Origin: Candidatus Binatia bacterium
GTDB lineage: Bacteria; Desulfobacterota; Binatia; HRBIN30
DNA length: 64,000 nt
NCBI GenBank assembly: GCA_038245295.1
Contig: JBBRSP010000019.1
Span: 37,925-101,924, forward strand
Direction of reading: 5' to 3'
The notes beneath the pieces were generated by a model that worked only from the letters and a program-made list of their open reading frames with translations, did no database searches and was not told the DNA's origin. Below, in pieces: positions 28,640 to 38,439 of the stretch; the first letter of the stretch is position 1, and the number at the start of each line of letters is the position of its first letter. A program made the translations under genes and the position numbers.

Positions 28640-28949
28640 GAGACTGTCATTTTTCTCTGATTCATCGTTTGAAACTGCGCAAACACCTCCGTCATACCGG
28701 CGAAAGCCGGTATCTCCCCAGCTTTTTCGGCTTCCTCTCGAGAAGATCCCGGCTTTCGAGCCTGTCGTAAAACCAAAGTGGAGCAACGTCATGGGATCTC
28801 CCCCTGCTGGAAGCGTCGAAAGCTGGCGAGATACCGGCTTTCGCCGGTATGACGGATAGGTCTGCTCGGTCTCAAATATGGTTTCCGAGTAAGTCGACAG
28901 TCTCTTTCGCCGGGATCACGTTGCTTCATTTCAGTTTATCGACAGTCTC
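28640..28949 (-). mobile_element. MITE type A (159 bp net) carrying a nested MITE type B
   Basis: TIRs gagactgtc...gacagtctc; GAAG duplication at 28636-28639 / 28950-28953. Confidence 0.9.
28758..28904 (+). mobile_element. MITE type B nested inside type A
   Basis: TIRs gagcctgtcg...cgacagtctc; TTTC duplication at 28754-28757 / 28905-28908. Confidence 0.9.
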
Positions 28950-28968
28950 GAAGGGCGGACGACGCGGT

Positions 28969-30018
28969 TCACGGCGGCGCGGCCGGGCCGGCGCGGCGCC
29001 GTAGCTCTTGATGCGACGGCATCAACGCCAAGGCATGCTGTAGGGCGTCGTGGTCATCGCGACCCTGATGGTGCAAAACGTCGGCTAAGGCGAACCACGC
29101 TTCCCAGTTGCCCGGATCGGTCTCAGTAATCTGACGATATAACTTCTCGGCTTCTTCGGGTGTACCGCGGACTTCCTCGAGAAGGGCCTCGACGAGTTGA
29201 CGATCATGATCGGGCAGGCGGTTGCTCAGGAGGAACGCCTGATGCAGCGCTTCATCCGCCTCCTCTTTGCGTTCGGCGCGCATGGCCGCCAGGGCGTGAT
29301 GGTAGTGCGCCAGCCCGAACGTCGGATCGTCGAGCACGGCGGATTCGAAGGCGGCGCTTGCCTCGGCGTTGTGTCCATCCAGCAGCTGGCGTTCGCCAGC
29401 GAAAAACGACTGCAGCGCCGCGAGGGATTCGCTGCTGACGAGGGCGACCCGGGCAACCTTTACTTTGAAACCATTCACGCGTGGTCCGATGATTTGGTTG
29501 ACCAGATCGTCGACCAGGCCGGCGATATTGCTGAGGCGTCCCTCGACGTGTCCGACACTCAAGGCGCGCGGCCCTACCGCCGCATCGTACAGAGCCGCAT
29601 CGAGAATCAGATGCGGCCCTGACTCGCGTGCATTGCCGATGATGTAGAGGGTCGTGTTGAAGTGAGCGGCAACGTCGCGCCCCTTGGCGGAGTCGACGGG
29701 TGAGGTGCCGACAAAACTCGCCACGGCGAGAGGGTCGACGCGACGCAGATCGCCGGCGCCGTCGACGCGGATCGTCAACAGCGTCGGCAGCGCGTCACGC
29801 AAGAACTGGGCGTTGGCCGAATCCTCGACAGTGAAAGGCAGGATGGCCACGGCGTTGGAAGCGGTAGCTTTCTGCGGCCCGTGCTCAGTGGAAGCCACCG
29901 CCTCTTGCCGGTTCATGTAGTAGAGGCTGACGCGCCCGCCAACCAGAACGACGAGCATGACGACGGCGAAGATACGCACCGGGCGTTTGGCAGGATCTTT
30001 CCAATCGACGCGGAACAT
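28969..30018 (-). CDS. Membrane-anchored TolB-like/TPR protein
   Basis: N-terminal TM, VAILPFTV, DPTFGLAHY and DPGNWEAWFAL TPR motifs. Confidence 0.75.
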   Translation of the reverse strand: MFRVDWKDPAKRPVRIFAVVMLVVLVGGRVSLYYMNRQEAVASTEHGPQKATASNAVAILPFTVEDSANAQFLRDALPTLLTIRVDGAGDLRRVDPLAVASFVGTSPVDSAKGRDVAAHFNTTLYIIGNARESGPHLILDAALYDAAVGPRALSVGHVEGRLSNIAGLVDDLVNQIIGPRVNGFKVKVARVALVSSESLAALQSFFAGERQLLDGHNAEASAAFESAVLDDPTFGLAHYHHALAAMRAERKEEADEALHQAFLLSNRLPDHDRQLVEALLEEVRGTPEEAEKLYRQITETDPGNWEAWFALADVLHHQGRDDHDALQHALALMPSHQELRRRAGPAAPP

Positions 30019-30065
30019 TCCCCCAAGTCTAGCCGCTGGCGAAAGCCTGTGGTAGCGGAGCGGCC

Positions 30066-30707
30066 GTGAGATCGGTGCATTACATCGTGGTCGAAGGGCC
30101 GATCGGCGTCGGCAAGACGACTCTTGCACGCCTGTTGGCCGAAGAGCTCAACGCACGCCCGGTCCTCGAGCAAGTCGAAGAGAACCCGTTCCTCAAGCGT
30201 TTCTACGAGGAGCCGGGCAAATACGCCTTCCAGACGCAGCTCTTCTTTCTGCTCAGTCGCTATCGTCAGCAGCAACAGTTGGCGCAGCAGGATCTCTTCA
30301 ATCAGGCCACCGTGGCCGACTACTTGTTCGCCAAGGATCAGATCTTCGCCCAGGTGAATCTCGATGGCGACGAACTGTCGCTGTATCGTCAGCTCTTTAA
30401 ATTACTCGACTCCCGCTTGCCTAAGCCTGATCTAGTCGTGTATCTGCAAGCTAGATCCGATGTGTTGATGGAGAGACTCCGGAAGCGTGACCGCGACTAC
30501 GAGCGGCGCGTATCTCCGGATTACATCCAGAAGGTTGCGGAAGCGTACAGGGACTTTTTCTTTTACTACGAGGAAACGCCCCTGTTAGTGGTTAACAGTT
30601 CCGAAGTGGATTTCGTGAAGAGTTCCGAGGAGCTACTCGATCTGATTCGCGAGATCAGGTCGATGGGTAAGGGAGTGCAGCACTACATACCGCTTGGATC
30701 ACGATAA
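30066..30707 (+). CDS. Deoxynucleoside kinase
   Basis: VEGPIGVGKTTL, NPFLKRFY, FLLSRY, PDLVVYL. Confidence 0.93.
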   Translation: MRSVHYIVVEGPIGVGKTTLARLLAEELNARPVLEQVEENPFLKRFYEEPGKYAFQTQLFFLLSRYRQQQQLAQQDLFNQATVADYLFAKDQIFAQVNLDGDELSLYRQLFKLLDSRLPKPDLVVYLQARSDVLMERLRKRDRDYERRVSPDYIQKVAEAYRDFFFYYEETPLLVVNSSEVDFVKSSEELLDLIREIRSMGKGVQHYIPLGSR

Positions 30708-30896
30708 CCCCGGGTAACCGGGCAAATCGGACCGAGACGGAGTGCCCCTCGAAAGAGGGGGTCGTAGTGAGTTGATTCCTGGTCTGCTGAGCGGTGATGC
30801 GTTGCACGCCGACTCAACCACGCAGCGGCGAATTGACGAATTGCGAAGCCATCATTTGAAGGCCCTCCGGGATCGGTCCCTGGAGGGTCTTCTCGT
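30708..30896 (+). promoter_or_regulatory. Structured panB leader with SD-sequestering hairpin (candidate cis-regulatory RNA)
   Basis: Hairpin 30858-30892 contains GGAGGG (30882-30887); 30729-30742 is complementary to 30865-30879. Confidence 0.55.
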
Positions 30897-31769
30897 ATGG
30901 AACGCAAGATCACGGTCCCCGAGTTGATGAAGCGCAAAGGTAGCGGCGACCCGATTGTGGCGCTGACCGCCTACGACTTCCCTTTCGCCCGCATCGCCGA
31001 TCAGTCCGGCGTCGACCTGATCCTGGTCGGCGATTCGCTCGGCATGGTGGTGCAAGGACTCGATACCACCCTACCGGTGACGATGGATGAGATCGTCTAC
31101 CACTGCCGCATGGTCGCGCGCGCCAAGCAGCGCGCCCTGATCGTCGGCGACCTGCCGTTTCTGTCCTATCAAGTGTCCATCCATGACGCCCTGTCCAACG
31201 CCGGCCGCCTGATCAAGGAAGGCGCGGCCGAGGCCGTGAAGCTCGAAGGCGGTGTCGCCGTGGCGGCGACCATTCGCGCCATCACCAGCGTCGACATTCC
31301 AGTCATGGGCCACGTCGGCCTGACACCGCAGTCGGTGCACCGGATGGGCGGCCACAAGGTCCAGGGTCAACGCCCAGGCCAGCGTGAGCGCCTGATCGAC
31401 GACGCCCTGGCCGTCGAAGACGCCGGCGCTTTTGCGGTGGTGCTCGAAGGTATGCCGCTCGATCTCGCCGCCGAGATTACCGAGCGCCTCAGCATTCCAA
31501 CCATCGGCATTGGTGCCGGGCCACATTGCGACGGACAGATTCTGGTGCTGCACGATGTGTTGGGACTGTGCGAGCGTTTGGCGCCGAAGTTTGCCAAGCG
31601 TTATGCGGAGCTGTGGACCGAAGCGTCGAACGCCATTCGTGAGTACGCTGCCGAAGTGCGTTCGGGTGCGTTTCCGACCGACGCTCATTCCTTCCATTCG
31701 CTGCAAACCGTGCCGCGCGACGACAAACATCGCGACGTTCGCGAAGAGAAGATGGCCTACAGCGGCTAA
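30897..31769 (+). CDS. panB: 3-methyl-2-oxobutanoate hydroxymethyltransferase
   Basis: [35 protein letters not shown]. Confidence 0.97.
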   Translation: MERKITVPELMKRKGSGDPIVALTAYDFPFARIADQSGVDLILVGDSLGMVVQGLDTTLPVTMDEIVYHCRMVARAKQRALIVGDLPFLSYQVSIHDALSNAGRLIKEGAAEAVKLEGGVAVAATIRAITSVDIPVMGHVGLTPQSVHRMGGHKVQGQRPGQRERLIDDALAVEDAGAFAVVLEGMPLDLAAEITERLSIPTIGIGAGPHCDGQILVLHDVLGLCERLAPKFAKRYAELWTEASNAIREYAAEVRSGAFPTDAHSFHSLQTVPRDDKHRDVREEKMAYSG

Positions 31770-31796
31770 GGCCGGGCGGTGCGTGAAGGAACAACC

Positions 31797-32717
31797 ATGG
31801 ACGTCATCCAGCACGTTCGTGACATGCAGGCCTGGGCCGACAGAGCCCGGGCGCAGGAGGGCCGACGTATCGGTTTCGTGCCGACGATGGGCTACCTGCA
31901 CGCCGGGCACCTGAGCCTGGTCGAGGCGGCGCGCCGGCACGCCGACCTGATCGTCGCTTCCATCTTCGTCAATCCGTTGCAGTTCGGCGCCAACGAAGAC
32001 CTGTCGCGTTATCCGCGAGATCTCGAACGCGACAGCCAGTTGCTGCATGATGCCGGCACCGATGTACTGTTCTTCCCCGATGCCGGCGAGATGTATCCCA
32101 ACGGCTACCAGACGCACGTTGCCGTGGAAGAGCTGACACGTGGCTTGTGCGGCGTATCGCGACCGACGCATTTTCAGGGCGTGACGACCGTGGTCGCCAA
32201 GTTGTTCCACATCGTCAAGCCACACGTCGCGGTGTTCGGCGAGAAGGATTTCCAGCAGCTTGCGGCGATCCGTCGCATGGCGATTGACCTCAACATGGAT
32301 ATCGAGATCATCGGCGCGCCGATCATGCGCGAGGCCGATGGCTTGGCGATGAGTTCGCGCAACGCCTACTTGTCGGCGGAAGAGCGCCAGGCGGCTCTCT
32401 GCTTGTCACGCGCCCTCGCCGAGGCTGGTTCGACTGTCGCCCGCGGCGAGACAACGGCGGCAGCCGTTCTCGATAGTGTTTGTCGTGTGCTCGCGGCCGA
32501 GCCGCGGGCTCGTATAGATTACGCTGAGCTGGTTGATGCGACGAGCTTGCACGAAGCGGAGCGTTTGCAGGGCCCGAGCCTGTTGGCGTTGGCCGTGTTC
32601 ATCGGCAAGACCCGTTTGATCGACAACTGTGTTCTCAACCCGGCCGTCACGTGCGCCATCCGCACCGCGGCGGCGCCGTCTCCGCAATCGGTTCAAATCG
32701 AGGCCCAAAGGAGCTGA
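31797..32717 (+). CDS. panC: Pantoate-beta-alanine ligase
   Basis: [39 protein letters not shown]. Confidence 0.97.
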   Translation: MDVIQHVRDMQAWADRARAQEGRRIGFVPTMGYLHAGHLSLVEAARRHADLIVASIFVNPLQFGANEDLSRYPRDLERDSQLLHDAGTDVLFFPDAGEMYPNGYQTHVAVEELTRGLCGVSRPTHFQGVTTVVAKLFHIVKPHVAVFGEKDFQQLAAIRRMAIDLNMDIEIIGAPIMREADGLAMSSRNAYLSAEERQAALCLSRALAEAGSTVARGETTAAAVLDSVCRVLAAEPRARIDYAELVDATSLHEAERLQGPSLLALAVFIGKTRLIDNCVLNPAVTCAIRTAAAPSPQSVQIEAQRS

Positions 32718-32719
32718 CT

Positions 32720-33115
32720 ATGCGCACGATGCTCAGAGGCAAGATCCACCGCGCCACCGTAACCGGCGCCGACTTGCACTACGAAGGTAGCGTGACAATT
32801 GATGCGAACCTGCTCGAGGGTTCCGACATCCTGCCCTACGAACGCGTCGACATCTGGAACGTCACCAACGGCGAACGTTTCTCGACGTACGCGTTGGAGG
32901 GGCAGCGCGGCTCCGGCGTCGTGTGCATCAACGGCGCGGCGGCCCACAAAGCGAATAAGGGCGACCTCGTGATCATCGCCGCCTTCGCGACGGTGAGTGA
33001 AGCGGAAGCGCGCGATTGGGAGCCCAAGTGTGTCTTCGTCGACGAGCGCAACCAGCCGTGTGAGTGCCGCCTGGAGCGTGCGGGTCAGGCGGAAGTCGTC
33101 AACGCCTGGCAATGA
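32720..33115 (+). CDS. panD: Aspartate 1-decarboxylase
   Basis: [12 protein letters not shown] cleavage site, [13 protein letters not shown]. Confidence 0.97.
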   Translation: MRTMLRGKIHRATVTGADLHYEGSVTIDANLLEGSDILPYERVDIWNVTNGERFSTYALEGQRGSGVVCINGAAAHKANKGDLVIIAAFATVSEAEARDWEPKCVFVDERNQPCECRLERAGQAEVVNAWQ

Positions 33116-33128
33116 GCCTCGTTTCGAC

Positions 33129-33440
33129 CGCAGAGACGCCGAGAGAACGGTACTGGGTTATTTTGAAAACGAGTGCAACAACACGCGTCTTCCGCGCCAA
33201 GGGTGGCGACGCGTTTGCTTCGATTCCAGCACTGGATAACGGCCTTCGAGACTGTCGATAAACTGAAATGAAGCAACGTCATCCCGGCGAAAGCCGGGAT
33301 CTCTCGAGTGGAAGGCCGAAAATGCTGGGGAGATACCGGCTTTCGCCGGTATGACGGAGGTGTTTGCGCAGTTCCAAACGATGAATCAGAGAAAATCGAC
33401 AGTCTCCTTCGCCGGTATGACGACCCTCGGCGTCTCTGCG
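33129..33440. repeat. Outer 15-bp perfect inverted repeat (CGCAGAGACGCCGAG) enclosing a palindrome interrupted by MITE A
   Basis: 33129-33143 vs 33426-33440. Confidence 0.75.
33248..33406 (+). mobile_element. Intact MITE type A (159 bp)
   Basis: 12-bp TIR gagactgtcgat / atcgacagtctc; CTTC duplication at 33244-33247 / 33407-33410; two internal palindromes. Confidence 0.92.
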
Positions 33441-33467
33441 TCTCTGCAGTGAGAGTTGGTCCGCGTC

Positions 33468-34566
<1,099 letters not shown>

Positions 34567-34769
34567 AGCGACCGTGATGTCTAGCGTCAGGGCGGCGGTG
34601 GTCAACCGGCGCAGCATCCGGACATTCAACAGGATGAAGGCAACAATAGCATTCCGACCCATTTATCCTGGCCATCCCCGTACAATTTCCCATCGACGCT
34701 CTCTCCCTCTGCGGCTTCGCGCCTCTGCGTGAGATTCACTCTCCGTTGGCAAGCAGAAGCGGAGCTCTA

Positions 34770-35126
34770 TCAGCTGATCGGAACGCCGATGGCTCGCAAG
34801 ATCGCCTTCTCCACTTCGACCATACGCGCGGTCGACAGTGCGCCGCTGAGTGGCCGCGGCAACAATCGATCGCGACGCAGTGTCGTGATCTGCTCGCATT
34901 TCGCTACCGATGGACGCGCCAACCCGCCCTCTCGCGAATGCAGGCGAACGTGCGTCGGCGCCTCGCGCAACACGCTCGAGATGGGGACAACGATGACGTC
35001 ATTGGCCAGGCGGTTACGGACGTCAGGTGACACGACCAGTGCGGGTCGCCGTTTACCGCCGGGCTCGTCGGGAACCTTGACCCAATAGATGTGGGCGCGA
35101 CGAGGGTAGTGATCCTCGCCTGTCAT
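34770..35126 (-). CDS. PemK/MazF family toxin
   Basis: GKRRPALVVSPD, VVPIS, SVAKCEQITT. Confidence 0.9.
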   Translation of the reverse strand: MTGEDHYPRRAHIYWVKVPDEPGGKRRPALVVSPDVRNRLANDVIVVPISSVLREAPTHVRLHSREGGLARPSVAKCEQITTLRRDRLLPRPLSGALSTARMVEVEKAILRAIGVPIS

Positions 35127-35386
35127 CGCTTGGGATCGTTCCAAACCCGCTCCACCGTGTCGTCAGAGCTCTGTGCCCATGCCTCGTCTTCGGCCTTCTC
35201 CACGGCGTTAAGCGACTTGTAATAGCTCTCGATGTCTTGCTCTAGTTGAGCTTGCCGTCGTTCTTGCAGCCAGTGAGCAAGAGCTTGATCAAAGATCGCG
35301 CTACGACTTGCGTCCCCGGCGACGCGTTCAACCTCTTGAAGCAGCTGCGTGCGAACGGTGACCGAAACCTTCGTCTTACCCTGCAT
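35123..35386 (-). CDS. Ribbon-helix-helix antitoxin
   Basis: KVSVTV...SRSAIF; ATGA overlap with the toxin. Confidence 0.8.
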   Translation of the reverse strand: MQGKTKVSVTVRTQLLQEVERVAGDASRSAIFDQALAHWLQERRQAQLEQDIESYYKSLNAVEKAEDEAWAQSSDDTVERVWNDPKR

Positions 35387-35432
35387 TCCTACGAAGTATC
35401 CTACTCATCATCCTACCTCAAGCTGAGGTTGC

Positions 35433-35945
35433 TCACGCCGACGAAGCCCGCTTGAGCCGAGTTACGCCCGCCCCACCACCAAGCTCTACGTTCGGCAGAT
35501 TCGGCGTGTCGCGTTGCAGTCGGCGCAGCAGACGGCGTTCCATCGCCTGCATCCGCTTCTCTTCCCTGGCGGAGCGTTCGTGATCGTAGCCGAGAAGATG
35601 CAAGACACCGTGAATGAGCAACGTGCGCACCTCGGCGGCCACCGTGCGGCGGCGCTGCTTTGCCTGGCGCGCGGCGGTGTCGAGTGAGATCACGACATCG
35701 CCGAGCACATCCGTATCACCTTCGACACGCTGGCCCTCGCGCATAGCAAAGGCGAGCACATCCGTCGGCCGGTCCTTGCCACGGTAGTCACGGTTCAGCG
35801 CGTGGATCGTCGCATCGTCGACCAACGAGACGGTCAGTTCACTTGACGTCTCAGCAAGGGCGCTGAGCAGCGCAACGGCATCGCGGCGCACCGTCATTGC
35901 CTGCACCCCGCGCCAACGGCGGCGCGTCACAACACAAACAGACAT
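35433..35945 (-). CDS. ybeY: rRNA maturation endoribonuclease
   Basis: LNRDYRGKDRPTDVLAF, HGVLHLLGYDH. Confidence 0.95.
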   Translation of the reverse strand: MSVCVVTRRRWRGVQAMTVRRDAVALLSALAETSSELTVSLVDDATIHALNRDYRGKDRPTDVLAFAMREGQRVEGDTDVLGDVVISLDTAARQAKQRRRTVAAEVRTLLIHGVLHLLGYDHERSAREEKRMQAMERRLLRRLQRDTPNLPNVELGGGAGVTRLKRASSA

Positions 35946-36167
35946 CGTGCACTGTCCATTCCGATTCCGCAGACTCCAGTCAAGCGCCTACAGCGACGAC
36001 GAGTAGGGGGTAGGGGGCTTTGCCCAGGGCAAAGCCGGCCGGCGGAATGGCGGGCACAGATCAACTCGCTGTGTGACGCCGCGACATGTCGCTGTGTCGG
36101 CGACTGCGACGCCCTCGGCAGCCGCACCACCCTTCTGAGTCGATTGGCTTCGTAGTAGCTGTGCTGC

Positions 36168-37016
36168 ATGGACATCACGAACCTCAGCGGCAAGACAGCT
36201 CTGGTCACCGGCGCCGGTAGCGGCATCGGTAAGGCCACCGCTTTGGCCTTTGCACAGCGCGGCGCCAATCTCGTTCTCTGCGATTTGAACGACGCGGGAC
36301 TGGCGGCCACCGAACAGGAAATTCGTGCCCTCGGGCGCGATGTCTTCGCGCAGCGCGTCGATGTTGCCGACCGTGGCGCGATGGAGGGGTTTGCGGCTGC
36401 CGTCCACCAGCGCCTCGAGGCTGTCGACATCTTGATGAACAATGCCGGCGTCGGCCTCGGCGCTGGATTCCTCGAGACCAGCCTCACCGACTGGGACTGG
36501 ATCCTCGGCATCAATCTGATGGGCGTCGTGCACGGCTGCCACTTCTTTGTACCAGCCATGGTCAAGCGCGGGCGTGGCGGGCATGTCGTCAACGTCTCCT
36601 CCGCCGCCGGCTACCTGGCCTCCGAAGCTCTTGCCGCTTACTCGACCACAAAGTTCGCGGTGTTCGGCCTGAGCGAAGCGCTGCGTTCAGAGCTCGACCG
36701 CCGCAACATCGGCGTCACCGCGGTCTGCCCCGGCATCATCAACACGGCAATCACCCAGACTTCGCCGATGCGCGGCGCCGCCGCCTCCGATGCGGCGCGG
36801 CAGCGCATGGTGAGCATGTACCAACGCCGCAACTACGGTCCGGAGCGGGTTGCCGACAACATCCTCAAGGCCATCCAGCGCAACCGCGCCGTGGCGCCGA
36901 TCTCGCCGGAAGCCATCTTCATGTACTACCTAAAACGTCTCGCCCCGTGGGCAACGGCGGCGCTGAACCGTCGCATGGGGGCACGGATGCGACGGGATTT
37001 TGGGGTGAGCGACTGA
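36168..37016 (+). CDS. SDR-family oxidoreductase
   Basis: TGAGSGIG, NNAG, YSTTK. Confidence 0.95.
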   Translation: MDITNLSGKTALVTGAGSGIGKATALAFAQRGANLVLCDLNDAGLAATEQEIRALGRDVFAQRVDVADRGAMEGFAAAVHQRLEAVDILMNNAGVGLGAGFLETSLTDWDWILGINLMGVVHGCHFFVPAMVKRGRGGHVVNVSSAAGYLASEALAAYSTTKFAVFGLSEALRSELDRRNIGVTAVCPGIINTAITQTSPMRGAAASDAARQRMVSMYQRRNYGPERVADNILKAIQRNRAVAPISPEAIFMYYLKRLAPWATAALNRRMGARMRRDFGVSD

Positions 37017-37194
37017 GCGCCTCATGGACGAACACAGCAGGCCCAACAACTCCTTCAAGCCCGCGCGAAAGATGCGCGCACCCGAAGGGTGGCGTTCGGC
37101 TTCTGCGTCCATGGCAAAAGAGCAGCCGGAAATCTTGTCGCTACGCGAAGATTTTCTCGGTGCCGTATTTTGTCACCCTGTCATCCCGGCGAAA

Positions 37195-37355
37195 GAGACT
37201 GTCGATAAACTGAAATGAAGCAACGTCATCCCGGCGAGAGCCGGGATCTCCTCGATTGGAAACTGCGGAATGCCTGGGAGATTCCGGCTTTCGCCGGAAT
37301 GACGGAGTAGGGCTGGTTGGCCTGAGATTGGTTCCGGCCAACGGCTGGGCTGTGT
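37195..37355 (+). mobile_element. Hybrid MITE: type A left end joined to a different right arm
   Basis: gtcatcccggcgaaa|gagactgtcgataaac; right arm resembles the reverse complement of ~2991-3045; no right TIR. Confidence 0.7.
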
Positions 37356-37430
37356 AATCCGTGGTTACCTGACCCAGCCGACGGCCGCCGGCGCCACCCT
37401 CGCGTCGACTAAACTCACTGGCGGTCAGCG

Positions 37431-38411
37431 CTACGGCTCAGCCAGCGGCGGCGGTGGCGGAAGGGCGCGGTCGTTGTCGAAGCGGTCGTAAGCGGTGATG
37501 ATTTCCTGCACCAGGCGGTGGCGGACGACGTCGCGTTCGCTGAAGTGGCAGAAGCGAATACCTTCGATATCGGCGAGGATCTTGGCCGCTTGTTTGAGAC
37601 CGGAGGTGCGGCCGGCGGGCAGGTCGACCTGCGTGACGTCGCCGGTGATGACCGCCTTCGAGCCGTAGCCAAGACGGGTCAGGAACATCTTCATCTGTTC
37701 GCCGGTGGTGTTCTGCGCCTCGTCGAGGATGACGAAGGAATCGTTCAGTGTCCGACCACGCATAAAGGCCAGCGGCGCAACCTCGATGACACCGCGCTCG
37801 AGCATGCGTTGGGCGCGCTCGAAGTCGACCATGTCGTGCAGCGCATCATACAGCGGGCGTAGATACGGATTCACCTTCTCGGCCAGATCGCCGGGTAGGA
37901 AACCTAGCTTCTCGCCGGCTTCGACCGCGGGTCGCGTCAGGATGATGCGCGCGAAATTGTTCTTGGTGAGTTCTGCGATCCCCATCGCCATTGCCAGGTA
38001 GGTCTTGCCGGTGCCGGCCGGGCCGATTCCGAAGACGATATCGAAATTCCGGATGGCGTCGATGTATGCTTTCTGGGCGATGCTCTTCGGTGTGATGACG
38101 CGCTTGTGCGACGAGATGTAGATCGTGTCCAAAAAAATGTCGCGCAGGTTCGCCGTGTGGTCACGCGCCAGAATGCGCACGGCGTAGTCGATGTCGCTGG
38201 GGTAGACGGGATACCCCTTCTCGACGACGCCATAGAGCTGGGTGAGCACGAGTGACGCCAGTTCCTTCTCGTGCGGATCACCTTCGATCAGCAGCGTCGT
38301 GCCGCTGACGCCGATGCGCACACCGACGGCCTGCTCGATTGTCTTCAGATATTGATCTTGGTGACCGAGAAGATCCTGGAAGACGCGCAGATTCTGGAAC
38401 GATAGCTCCAT
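37431..38411 (-). CDS. phoH: PhoH-family ATPase
   Basis: GPAGTGKT, RPAVEAGE, MRGRT, DEAQN; start uncertain. Confidence 0.93.
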   Translation of the reverse strand: MELSFQNLRVFQDLLGHQDQYLKTIEQAVGVRIGVSGTTLLIEGDPHEKELASLVLTQLYGVVEKGYPVYPSDIDYAVRILARDHTANLRDIFLDTIYISSHKRVITPKSIAQKAYIDAIRNFDIVFGIGPAGTGKTYLAMAMGIAELTKNNFARIILTRPAVEAGEKLGFLPGDLAEKVNPYLRPLYDALHDMVDFERAQRMLERGVIEVAPLAFMRGRTLNDSFVILDEAQNTTGEQMKMFLTRLGYGSKAVITGDVTQVDLPAGRTSGLKQAAKILADIEGIRFCHFSERDVVRHRLVQEIITAYDRFDNDRALPPPPPLAEP

Positions 38412-38439
38412 GGGGGGCGTGGCGTTGGCGCGGCCGGGT

